Notes under the pieces: generated by a model
Seen by the model: the letters and a program-made list of their open reading frames with translations, nothing else
Told to the model about the DNA's origin: nothing
The model's database searches: none
Translations under genes and position numbers: made by a program
Shown: positions 1 to 10,700 of the stretch, piece after piece
Layout: each line of letters starts with the position of its first letter
Position numbering within the stretch: position 1 is the first letter of the stretch
Assembly (NCBI GenBank): GCA_965287045.1
Contig: OZ336893.1
Location: 7,254,001 to 7,318,000, forward strand
Direction of reading: 5' to 3'
Source: Carcharhinus amblyrhynchos
Lineage: Eukaryota
DNA: 64,000 nucleotides

Positions 1-1767
1 TCCCCCCCCCTCCACTTTGCCGTCTCCCCCCCCCTCCACTTTGCCGTCTCCCCCCCCTCCACTTTGCCGTCTCCCCCCCCCTCCACTTTGCCGTCTCCCC
101 CCCCTCCACTTTGCCGTCTCCCCCCCCCTCCACTTTGCCGTCTCCCCCCCCTCCACTTTGCCGTCTCCCCCCCCCTCCACTTTGCCGTCTCCCCCCCCCT
201 CCACTTTGCCGTCTCCCCCCCCTCCACTTTGCCGTCTCCCCCCCCCTCCACTTTGCCGTCTCCCCCCCCCTCCACTTTGCCGTCTCCCCCCCCCTCCACT
301 TTGCCGTCTCCCCCCCTCCACTTTGCCGTCTCCCCCCCTCCCACTTTGCCGTCTCCCCCCCCCTCCACTTTGCGTCTCCCCCCCCCTCCACTTTGCCGTC
401 TCCCCCCCTCCCACTTTGCCGTCTCCCCCCCCCCTCCACTTTGCCGTCTCCCCCCCCTCCACTCCTCTGCCCTCTCCCCCCCCTCCACTTTGCCGTCTCC
501 CCCCCCCTCCACTTTGCCGTCTCCCCCCCCCTCCACTTTGCCGTCTCCCCCCCTCCACTTTGCCGTTCTCCCCCCTCCACTTGCCGTCTCCCCCCCCCTC
601 CACTTTGCCGTCTCCCCCCCCTCCACTTTGCCGTCTCCCCCCCCCTCCACTTTGCCGTCTCCCCCCCCTCCACTTTGCCGTCTCCCCCCCCCTCCACTTT
701 GCCGTCTCCCCCCCCTCCACTTTGCCGTCTCCCCCCCCCCTCCACTTTGCCGTCTCCCCCCCCCCTCCACTTTGCCGTCTCCCCCCCCCTCCACTTTGCC
801 GTCTCCCCCCCCCTCCACTTTGCCGTCTCCCCCCCCCCTCCACTTTGCCGTCTCCCCCCCCCCCCACTTTGCCGTCTTCCCCCCCCCCCACTTTGCCGTC
901 TCTCCCCCCCCCACCCCACTTTGCCGTCTCTCCCCCCACCCCACCCCACTTTGCCATCTCTCCCCCACCCACCCACACCCCCACTTGCCATCCTCTCCCC
1001 CACCCCACCCCACCCCACTTTGCCGTCTCTCCCCCCCCACCCCACTTTGCCGTCTCTCCCCCACCCCACCCACTTTGCCATCTCTCCCCCACCCCACCCC
1101 ACCCCACTTTGCCGTCTCTCCACCACTGCCGTCTCTCCCCCCCCACCCCCACTTTGCCGTCTCTCCCACCCCCACCCCTTTGCGCCTCTCCCCCCCACCC
1201 CCACTTGCCGTCTCTCCCCCCCCCCACCCCACTTTGCCGTCTCTCCCCCCCCCACCCCACTGCCTCTCTCTCCCTTTGCCGTCTCTCCCCCCCCCCCCCA
1301 CCCCACTTTGCCGTCTCTCCCCCCCCCCACCCCCACCCCACCCCACACTTTGCCGTCTCTCCCCCCCCCCACCCCCCACCCCACCCCACCCCACCCCACC
1401 CCACCCCTTTGCCGTCTCTCCCCACCCCCCACCCACCCCCACCCCACCCCACCTTTGCCGTCTCTCCCCCCCACCCCACCCCCCCCACCCCACCCCACCC
1501 CACCCCACCCCCACTTTGCCGTCTCTCCCCCCCACCCCACTTTGCCGTCTCTCCCCCCCCACCCCACTTTGCCGTCTCTCCCCCCCCACCCCAACTTTGC
1601 CGTCTCTCCCCCCCCACCCCACTTTGCCGTCCTCCCTCCCCCCACCCCAACTTGCCCGTCTCTCCCCCCCCACCCCATTTTGCCGTCTCTCCCCCCCCCA
1701 ACCCCACTTTGCCATCTCCCCACCCCACCCCCACCCCACCCCACCCCACCCCACCCACTTTGCCATC
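1..1767. repeat. C-rich minisatellite, ~23-26 bp unit (CACTTTGCCGTCT + C-run), grading into (CCCCA)n
   Basis: Tandem units of CCACTTTGCCGTCTC(n)T to ~860, then CCCCACTTTGCCGTCTCTC(n)A with interspersed (CCCCA)n. The array stops abruptly at 1767 and is truncated by the window start. Confidence 0.97.
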
Positions 1768-2311
1768 TGTATTAAATGCAATATTTGTCAACCACCAGTT
1801 AGCTAACAAATAACAATGGGTTTATTACTTCACAACTATAAGCTGGGCGCTACAATTGATGTGTTCATTCTTAGCTGTACGATCAATCTGGCTACAACAG
1901 TCCTCATTCTGCCTAGAGATCCCAGCTGTTTCCCCGTTGGGTGACTGAGTTACATTACCCTTCTGATGCACGTACCTTACAGAAGCTAGCTATTAGGTCC
2001 CTCCCTTTTAACTCCCAGTACATTGATAGCTTATACAATTATCAAAATATTAGCAAAAATTTACATTCTTAAACAAAGTTTAAATGAAACTCAGTCTGCC
2101 AGGGGACTTGTCTTTTTCTGGGAGTGATGTAGTTGAATGATTGGTTGAGGTTCAGCCAGAGGTAGTTTCAGTGGTACTTGCTTCATTAAGACTCACTCCT
2201 GGTGCCAGCACCTCACTTTCACTATTTCTTCCATTTCATTGAGAGCAGCACTTTGGCTTGCTACTGGCTGATCAGCCACTTCACTCCTTTGACAATCAAC
2301 AACACCAATAT

Positions 2312-2450
2312 TTTTTATTTACTAGTGTCAGAAGTAGGCTTATATTAACACTGCAATGAAGTTACTGAGAAAAATGCCCCAGTCATGCACTTTGGTGTAC
2401 TTGTTTGGTACACTGAGGGAGAGCTTAGCATTGCCAATGCACCTAACTAC
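2312..2450 (-). mobile_element. V-SINE tail-type A, 3' fragment
   Basis: Matches the 3' part of the complete copy at 16085-16390. Confidence 0.85.
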
Positions 2451-2611
2451 TTGGTAGCGTAATCAGATCAGATAGTAACACCGGCTTTTGGGACTACTCC
2501 CATCTCCGTGTTTCTTCAAAACTTGTCCTGCACTTTCACTTCATGGGACAATGGCCCTGTCCTGGCCACCACAACTCCTGGAACCCAACTTGGTTCTCTT
2601 ACAGCATTCAT

Positions 2612-2937
2612 TGAAATCCTAAATGCAGAAGGAGGCCATTTGGCCCATCTATTCTGCACTGAAAACAATCCCTCCCAGCCCCTATCCCCACAACCTCACA
2701 AATTTACTCCGTTTACCCCTCTAACCTACACGTCCCAGGTCACTAAGGGGCAATTTAGCATAGCCAATCAACCTAATCTGCACATCTTTGGACTGTGAGA
2801 GGAAACCGGAAGACACGGAGGAAACCCATGCAGACACAGGGAGAACGTGCAAAGTCCACCAGACAGTGACCCAATCTGGGAATTGAACCTGGGTCCCTGG
2901 AGCTGTGAGGCAGCAGTGCTAACCATTGTGCCACTGT
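2612..2937 (-). mobile_element. HE1-like V-SINE, tail-type B (CR1-like tail)
   Basis: tRNA-derived head (TGGCACAATGG..GGTTCAATTCC on - strand), V-core and a ...GGGCCAAATGGCCTCCTTCTGCA tail. Confidence 0.9.
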
Positions 2938-3213
2938 ATCTCCGTTCTTTTCAAAAGCTGGATCATCTGTCTTGAATGCTCTTAACACTTATGATGAATC
3001 ATTGTTCCTTTTCTGGCAACTCTGTCTTGAGTCCACCTTAAATTTGGAACTACCTGGCTCTCGAGCATCATCCCTGCAGCAGCTCAGCCGGAGCTATCAG
3101 CTATCAGGTTCCATAAGCTAACAGAAACCATGCTGAGGTCTCTATTTTGGGGATGGGGTAACCATGCAGTTTCACAGCCTGGTTTACCGCCAGCTTCTAA
3201 TTTCCAAAGCTAT

Positions 3214-3950
3214 TTACGGTCTTATCTGGTCTTGGCCACACACAAAGCAATCTGTTTCTCTAAATCTACATATTTCTGGGGAGTGACTTCCCTTGCATAG
3301 GTAGCACTCTACATTATTTCTAGGCCGTTGTCTAAATTTTAGATAGCTTTTGAGTCTTCTGGCTTCTGCATTTACTCTACTTAAACCAGTACCTTCAGTC
3401 CTGATCCTGATGCTGCTGCTGCTCGCAGCTTCCCACCCTAACTGGGCAACATTGTTGCTTTGTGCACTTTGTAGCTGCAGTATGCCTTTCTCAGCGCTCT
3501 CTATCGCTGATGCCATTTCCAGTGCCTTTTTAAAAGTTAACCCTGATTCAGGTGACAGTTTTCTCTGCATAGCTGCATTGTTTATACCTGATACCATTAG
3601 GTCCCTCAACATGTTGTTCAGACCCAAAATTGCAATGCTCTGCAATTTCTCTTAGCCTGGTCACAGTGTCTGCAATGGTTTTCCTTGGGACTGTATCTGT
3701 GGTGTATCTTTGTAATATTGCTGAGGACTTCGGTAGTATTGCCATTTTCCTAGGTCAACAAGTTCTGCAAATGTTTTTGTGCAAGGAGCATCTGGGGACA
3801 TTAAAGTTATATGTCTGGGTCCCACATGCAGTCAGTAATATAACTTTCTTCTTGTCCTTTCCCTCTATATCATTAACATGAAAAAAATATATCATACTGT
3901 ACCCAGTCTTCTGGAGCAGTGTTGAAAGCTTCTAATTTTCTGAAGAGAGG
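3214..3950 (-). pseudogene. Gypsy gag remnant (frameshifted) with zinc knuckle
   Basis: ORF pieces RLREIAEHCNFG, LRDLMVSGINNAAMQRKL..LTFKKALEMASAIESA and CYLCKGSHSPEIC resemble vertebrate Gypsy Gag. Confidence 0.8.
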
Positions 3951-4354
3951 CATGTCTACTTTTTTCTCTTTTGCAGGCTCAACTCAATTGGACTTCTTCG
4001 GCAACTCTTGCAAACAAACGTTTTGAGTTGCCATCATTTTCCTCATCACCAATGCAGTAAATACAATATTTAGTGACTACCAATTAGCTAACAAACAAGA
4101 ACAGTTTATTACTATTTGCAACTATATTGAGAATGCTACAATCGATGTGATTGCTGTCTGCCCTAGGATCAATCTGGCTGCAAAATCTTGCATGCTGCCC
4201 TGAGATCCCCATGCTTGTTCCCTGTTGTGTGATCGGGTCACATGAGATCAAAAGGCTAGCTACTGAACAGAACCATATGGACTCACCATTTGCCATCTCC
4301 CCATCCCCATTTACCCCAACTTAATCCATCCCCCCTTTCTCTCCACCTTTCCCT

Positions 4355-5107
4355 GGCCATGATTTTACATTGCTCGGGCTGGCACGCACCTGACCTGAAT
4401 GTGCATGAAAAGATATTGGACATGTTTCTTGGAATCATGGTACACTCATACAATATTTTGGCTGGTGGGCATGCAGGGGAGTTGGAAGCAGGCAATTTAT
4501 TCCATTAAGTGGCCAATGGAATACAATTTTTAGTGGCTTGTCTGCCTTTACAGTTGGTGGGTGGGCTGATTGGCCATGTGGCCTTGGCAGGACAAACTGT
4601 CAAGCTGAAACTAAATTTAAAAAGGTTTCCTGGGCCTCAGATTTCTGTTTCAATTTGCTGCCTAGGCTGTAAAGTTTTTCCAGAGATCTGAAGCTCCCTG
4701 AGACAGCTCTGCAGCAACTATCCCCCGAGGGATGTTAGAAATGGGTTAACAGTTACCTTCCACTTAAGTTCTAAATTGGATATTAATCATTTAATAGAAG
4801 TCACTGGGACCGATGGCACTGGGTGTTGGGGAGAATTGTATGTGAAGTTGAATCAGAGAAACAAAGATAGTTTATGAAGAAGCAGAACTTGACTCTCCTT
4901 TACTGAACTGCAAACTAGAGGCTCGTACAAGGGAGCACAGTAGAAATGCCCTCTCCCTGTCCTCTCCAGCAGCATTGAGTATTTCCCTACGTGCGTTTCA
5001 CACACCCGTTAATTGGCCAGCCAGTGTAAAATCTTGTTCCAGGGCCGACCATGGCTGGAAGGCCATTTTACACCCGCTTCCAGGCCCGATAGATAAAAAC
5101 TCAGGCC
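4355..5107. mobile_element. Putative non-autonomous DNA transposon (MITE-like)
   Basis: Imperfect terminal inverted repeats GGCCATGATTTT / AAAACTCAGGCC and internal GATTTTACA/TGTAAAATC, in the same style as other GGC/GGGC-ended elements here. Confidence 0.5.
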
Positions 5108-5304
5108 TCCATCTCTACTCTCAACTCCCCCCCCCCCCGCCCCCCACACATCTTTAAATTTAGCTTAATTGTAAAGTGTTATGTTGGTGCCATGTTTTGG
5201 ATGTATCTCAATCCTTTTTCCACCTTTTCTTTCATTTGCTTCAATTTATAGACCTCCATCTCCTGCTCTCCTTAGATTTAGGAGGACAAAAAGATCCAAT
5301 ATTT

Positions 5305-5875
5305 CGAAAGACCATAAAATGTGCTTGAGTAGACCATTTGGACTTTTGAACCTGTTCCACCATTCAACAAGATCAGGACTGATCTCCACAAATCTACCCT
5401 CCCACATTATCCCCATCTATTATTTTATGATTCCCTTAGTACCCAAAAATCTATTCACTTTTGTCTTAAACATACTCAGAAGCTGACTATCCACAGCTGT
5501 TGGAGATAGAAAATTTCCAAAGATATGAAGATCTTTGAAGAAATTTCTTCTTGTCTCAGTCTTACTTGGTGGACTATTCTGAGACTGTCACCCTGGGTTC
5601 TGGATTTCCTAGCCAGGGATTGCATTTACTGTGTTGAGCTCTTTCAGAATTTTATATGTTCTGATTATATTACCCCTCATTCTTCTAAACTCCAACTTAT
5701 ATCCATTGTGTTTACAGACTATCTCCCTTACCGCAGTAACTTGTCTAGTGAATCCTTGCTGCACTCCCTCAAGGGAAAGTATGTTTTTCCTCCTCTAAGG
5801 TAACCAAACTGCACACAGTATCTCAGGCATAGCCTCACCAATGCCCCGTATGATTGTTGTAAGACTTCTTTATTA
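5305..5875 (-). mobile_element. CR1 LINE 3' fragment
   Basis: Reverse complement resembles the RT C-terminus and 3' UTR of the CR1 at 13200-13850. Confidence 0.8.
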
Positions 5876-6619
5876 TTAGTGCCAGATTTTCATAGCGTTT
5901 TGGACCCAAATGTAGGAGACCTGTTCCCATTTCTGACAGATCCAGATTTCTCAGTGGGGGAAGGGGCGGGTCGTGATTTATGCAGCAGCACTATTTGCAC
6001 TCAATGTTCAATTCAAACAGTCCATAATTTGTGTAATTTCAATGGTGTCCATAGTTCACATTTTCCCAAGGGCTTTCCTAGTGGCATTATTAACATTTGG
6101 CTGAGTTTCTGAAGCTACAGTATCTCAGCAAGAAGTTCTGAGTTCATAGTTTGACTGTTTAAAGAGGCTATTACAGGATCAATTGTCTTTGATGTGGGGT
6201 TCATTTGGTTTGGGATTTGATCCATGGAATTTGTTTTTAAAATAGATTGACCACTTGAGATTTAATGAGCTCTAAATGAGAACTATAATAGATTGCTAGA
6301 AACTTACTGATTTTATTTTCATCTCCACATGTTTGTCCATCATGGATACTGGGTGAATGGCTAACGAGGTGGCATGACAAAAGTAGGAGAGTGGTGAGGG
6401 GGGAGGATTGGAGGGCCTAACATCCCAGTTGTTTCAGAAGTTGATTTCCCAGAGACCTGAGGCAGGCTTGTTAACCCGCTTGCCTTGAAGTTCTCCTGCC
6501 CTCATGGTTGCCTGTTTTTTAGGGTTAGTGGATCTGCACCCAGTGAAAATCACAAGCTTCGCAGTAGATTTACAGACGCTTTTCTTATGAATCCAGAAAG
6601 TCGGGTGCTACTCAACTCA

Positions 6620-6745
6620 AGTCATGGAAATGTGAGGAGAGAGTGGGAAAATGGCATTGAGGTAGACGGTCAGCCATGTGCTAATTGAGTGACAGATGCT
6701 CAAGGGGCTGAATGGCCAATTCCAGCTCCTATTTTCTATGTTCCT
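6620..6745 (+). mobile_element. CR1 3' tail fragment abutting the splice branch site
   Basis: ..GGTCAGCCATG..GGCTGAATGGCC..CTCCTATTTTCTATGTTCCT resembles the CR1 3' end at 13740-13845. Confidence 0.8.
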
Positions 6746-6758
6746 TGACGTTTTGTAT
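6741..6758 (+). promoter_or_regulatory. U12-type branch site (TTCCTTGAC) with non-canonical AT 3' splice site
   Basis: TTCCTTGAC at 6741-6749 matches the U12 consensus TTCCTTRAC. The branch A lies ~11 nt upstream of the exon start inferred from homology, and the intron ends ...TTTTGTAT. Confidence 0.75.
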
Positions 6759-6838
6759 GCGGTACAAGGTACAATACAGGATGGAGAATCGAATGACAGC
6801 CGTATTATAGGACTTGTGGAATGCAACAATGAATATGC
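6759..6838 (+). CDS. INPP5B: INPP5B coding exon (PH domain): AVQGTIQDGESNDSRIIGLVECNNEY(A)
   Basis: Similar to recalled human INPP5B AVQGVLCEGDSRQSRLLGLV...EHA. Donor GC|GTGAGT; 80 nt; phase 2 end joins the next exon in frame. Confidence 0.88.
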
Positions 6839-7109
6839 GTGAGTTACTTATTTTTCTTAACTTTAAAGTGTTATTGTGATACTAGTTTTTAAATTATATC
6901 TACATAGAGAAGTCTACCTGTTATTGACCCCACAGTGTAATCCTTCATAGTGGACGTTAAGTGGCAAATGATGGACAACCTAGCATCACATAATTCCATT
7001 TTAAGATTCCCGATAATATTAAACTGGGATTGAATTAGACCTCTAAATTCATGGGCTAATTTTCTGATGATTTTCTATCTTGGGAAAGAGACTGCCTTTA
7101 ATATCCTGC

Positions 7110-7540
7110 ACTTAGAATTATAAAATGACTGCTGCACAGAAAGAGACTGTTTGGATCATTGTGTCCTTGCGGACAATTCAGCTAGTCCCATTACCCTGCC
7201 TTTTCCAGTTAGCCCTCCAAATCTTGTCTCCAGAGATAATTATTTGATTGCCTTTTGAAAGGCATGGGGAATCTGCCTCCACCACATTATCAGGCAGCGC
7301 AAACCAGATCCTAAACATAGCTGCACTTAGAAGAAAAGGTTTTTTCTCATGATTCAAATCACTTTAAGTTGGTGTCCTCTGGTTATTGGCTCTTCCGCCA
7401 ACAGGAACAGTTTGTCTGTCTATTCTGTCCAGACCCCTCATGATTTTGACCACCTCTATCAAAGACTCCGTCAATCCTCTCTGAGGAAGATAATCCCAGC
7501 CTAACCAATCTATTCATCTAACTGAAGTGTTACATGTAAG
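7110..7540 (-). mobile_element. Degraded CR1 3' fragment
   Basis: AGACCCCTCATGATTTTGACCACCTCTATCAAA is the reverse complement of the CR1 RT C-terminal 'DLIEV.KIM.G.D' region. Confidence 0.7.
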
Positions 7541-8894
7541 GTAGCTGTTAGTTGCTGGGATTTCATTGATTCCATTAATTGGGCAGGGTGATTTCCAATC
7601 TCACTCTGTAACCCAGATGAATTATGCCCTTCAAATCAAGACTTTTTGTTTCAGTATTTTTCTTTAGTCTGAAGGACAGTGGTCTGGATTTTATGGTCAG
7701 TGGCAAAGTAAGGGTGCTCACTGCTGACCTCAAAAAAAGCTGTGCTGAGAGATCTTGTCATCTCTGTAGTGAGAACTTTACAATCAATTGCACATGGGGA
7801 AAGCTATTTCCAGTATCAAATTAATAGCATCAATTTGTCTAAGCGACATTCACAGCCAGCAGGAAATGCATTAATAATCAAGCCACTTTAAAAACAAAAA
7901 CTAAAGATTGGAGCATAGACATGAGGTGAAGATGGAAGCTAAAATAGCATGAATTTTTAAAAAATTTTTTAAAAACTAGCAATCAATATGTGTGTAGACA
8001 TTTAACAATAGTCCATATATTTTTCAGACCAGTTGTTGAGCAGCAGTTACTCAGATTTCTGTTTGAAAACCTTTTCATTGCACCTATTAAACAATGTTTT
8101 TATGTGGCTTTTCACAGCAATGAGAAGCTGGCTGAAAGGAGTTATTGTCTCCTGATTTCAGTGATTGTTGGCTGAGTTGGGTTTGGGTTCCATGGTGCAG
8201 CCCGTGATGGAGACATGTATAAGATACTGCAACATCAGGATTTCCATGTTCATCCTTAGCTTTGTTCAATCCTGTAGTTGAGGTCAGGTTCAGGGGCAAG
8301 GCTGGGGGAGCATGGGGGGAGAGAGGCTGCTGGCTGGTGGTGGTGATGATGCAAAGTCTAATGATTTGCTGTCAAAAGTCCCTCAAATTCTAGGCCATCG
8401 CTTTTACTGATTGTTGGAATGTTGTTGTTCCAACAGTTGCAAGTGATGTAAGTATCATCAATCAAGTTATTTCATGCTGATACTTAGAATGAGAAATCAA
8501 ATTCGGCCAAGTCCTATATTAGAAAGTTGCCTACGAGAATGCAGCATGAAGTTGGTTGCAAAGGTCATCATAGCGAGCTCCGTTAACTGAGGACTAGCTT
8601 TATTAAATCAAAGGTATTGACGCAAAGATCAGAAAGTATGCCTTTACTAAAAATATATATTTGAAAAATATACAGATTTCTATTTGGGGAAGTTCTTTTG
8701 ATTAGTTGAACATCTGTCTGATGGTTTCTGTCTTAGCTAAAGGACTTTTTAAACCTTTTGCCATGAAACTACAAGACATTTTGATTTTTCATTTCACTCA
8801 ACTTATTTCCACCACCAAACTGACATTTAGTTTCAGGGAGCTGCGACTGATTTTTGATTGATTGATTTTAAGAAGCATTACCCTGTTCGTCACA

Positions 8895-9265
8895 CTAGTG
8901 GCCATATTGCTGGATGTTTACCCCAGAACTTATCCAGAGATTGTGAGTTCAAATTGATTCGCCACTATTTAAGAATATGAATTTACTTTCTAAAAGAAAT
9001 CACAATATGAGAAAAAGACTTAACAGAAATGATCAAAATGTTTTCAAATTGTTATAAGCACATGATGACATCCTTGCCTGGTCTGGCCTGTGTGTGATCC
9101 AGTCCCACACAAACACTGTTGAGTCTTGGCTGCCCACTGAAATGACTAGAAAACCACCCAGTTGTATGAAACCACTGGGAGCATTTCAAGATAAATCTTG
9201 GCAACTCAGGCTCAGCGTTAAATATTGAACTTGTTCATGATGCCCACATCCTGGTAATGAATTTT
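8895..9265 (+). mobile_element. Old SacSINE1/Deu-domain-like SINE
   Basis: B-box-like GAGTTCAAAT, central CCTGGTCTGGCCTGTGTGTGATCCAGTCCCACA..GCCCACTGAAATG, and tail GATGCCCACATCC. The family name is from recall. Confidence 0.6.
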
Positions 9266-9333
9266 CAAAAGTTTATTTACTGTTTGCTTTGTTCATTTTT
9301 TTTCAATTTTTAAACATGACTCTGTCCCCTTAG

Positions 9334-9431
9334 AGTTTTTATGTACGCTCATCGAAGAATGGCAGTCATCGCAGAGGATGTTTCATTGCAAGAAATAGTG
9401 CCTGTGTCAGAAGATTTTGTTATTGAGGAAG
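9334..9431 (+). CDS. INPP5B: INPP5B coding exon: VFMYAHRRMAVIAEDVSLQEIVPVSEDFVIEE
   Basis: Strong match to recalled human LFLYTHRRMAITGDDVSLDQIVPVSRDFTLEE. Acceptor CCCTTAG|, donor |GTACTA; 98 nt. Confidence 0.95.
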
Positions 9432-9689
9432 GTACTAATTTGCTGCTCTTGTAATCCTAGATAGATGATGCGTGAGATGTGGCCTAACACTTTGGTCCTC
9501 CGGGAGGATAAATGTTTCTCTGCTTTTGGAAGCTTTCCCCAAATGGTCAAGCCAATACTGAGTTTATCTCTTTGCGAATTACACTGGATCATCCAGTGGT
9601 TACGTTGTACCCAGTAAAACTACTGAAATAACTTGATCTGCTCCTGATTCATAATTTTACCCACATTACAGTAAATGTCAAATAAGACT

Positions 9690-10085
9690 GTATGGGCTTG
9701 GGACTCTTTTCTCTAGAGGAGACCTACTAGAGGTCTATAAGGTTATGAAAGGCTGCAGTAGATGTAAAGATGTTTCCTTTGTTGTGTAGTCCAAAACTGG
9801 CAGTAATAAAAGTGAGACAGTCACTACTAAATCCAATAGGGATTTCAGAGAAACTTTATCACTCTGAAAGTAATAAGATTGCAGTACTTGTCACATTGAG
9901 AAGTTGAATCAAATAGCACAGACGCTGTTAATATGAAGCTTGATAAACACGAGGGAAAAAGGAAGGGAAGCACATGTTAAGATGGTGAGGTGAAGTAAGG
10001 GGAGATGATTTTGTGCAGCACAAGCACTGGCACAGACAAGTTGGGATTGAATGGTCTGCTTGTGTGTTGTAAATTCTATGTAATT
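9690..10085 (+). mobile_element. Degraded CR1 3' fragment
   Basis: GGAGACCT..TAGAGGTCTATAAGGTTATGAAAGG and a tail ending TTCTATGTAATTC. Confidence 0.7.
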
Positions 10086-10261
10086 CAATAAATGAAAGTA
10101 AGAAGAACTAGCCAATCGCTGAGTGCAAACACAAAATTGCTCTGATCCAATCACTTCTCTTGAACATTGTGCAGGTTGCGTCTAAGTGAACAAATATATC
10201 AACATTGTAAATGTTGAGCATTGCGCAGTATGCTAATATTGTTTTTCCATTTGCTTTTCAG

Positions 10262-10285
10262 TGATTCAAGATACACATGTTATTG
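10262..10285 (+). CDS. INPP5B: INPP5B 24-nt microexon: (V)IQDTHVI(G)
   Basis: Branch-like CTAAT, TTGCTTTTCAG acceptor and GTAAGT donor. Phase 1/1, in frame between the flanking exons, at the position of recalled human VSPDGELYIL. Confidence 0.85.
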
Positions 10286-10364
10286 GTAAGTCGTATTTCT
10301 TTTAGCTGCCTCACAGATATATTTCTAAACTGATAAATTCATACTTATACATAAATTCATACTT

Positions 10365-10700
10365 TTGCATTTATATACTGCCTTTAGCACAGTAACATGA
10401 TGTCCCAAGCTGCTGCCCAGAGACATAATTGAAAAAAGAATGCTGAGCCAAAGAAGGCAATATTAGAACGGATGCTCTAAAGCTTGGTCAAAGAAGTGGA
10501 TGAAAGGGAGAACTTGAAAGTTGAAACAGACTACACAGAAGGACTGGGATAGGACTTGAGAGTTTAAATGTGATGTTCAGAATTTTAAATTGATGGCATT
10601 CAGGTTCTTGGAGTTAAGGTTGATCACAATGGACATGAATGATGGATGAGCAGGACTTGAATAAAATATTTTGAATGCACTGAAGGTCACAATGTTTGAA
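10365..10700 (-). mobile_element. L2 LINE 3' fragment
   Basis: TTGCATTTATATACTGCCTTT..AAGCTTGGTCAAAGAAG is the reverse complement of the L2-type 3' end also seen at 24050-24200. Confidence 0.65.

Larger units (their letters stand above)
1768..4285 (-). mobile_element. Internally deleted, decayed Gypsy-type LTR retrotransposon
   Basis: Two diverged direct repeats (~1768-1997 and ~4053-4270/4285) share TTAGCTAACAAA, GCTACAAT.GATGTG, GATCAATCTGGCT and GAGATCCC. On the - strand there is a PBS-like TGGTGATGAGGAAA (4038-4051) and a PPT-like TAAAAGGGAGGG (~1999-2010). A gag remnant lies between the repeats. Confidence 0.8.

Noticed and set aside
1-860. CRISPR-like or telomeric array
   Set aside because: There are no unique spacers, the context is a eukaryotic intron, and the unit is not TTAGGG.
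17-1813. Three overlapping 550-600 aa proline-rich ORFs
   Set aside because: They arise from a stop-free C-rich tandem repeat that is open in all three frames, start at TTG, and shift frame from unit to unit.
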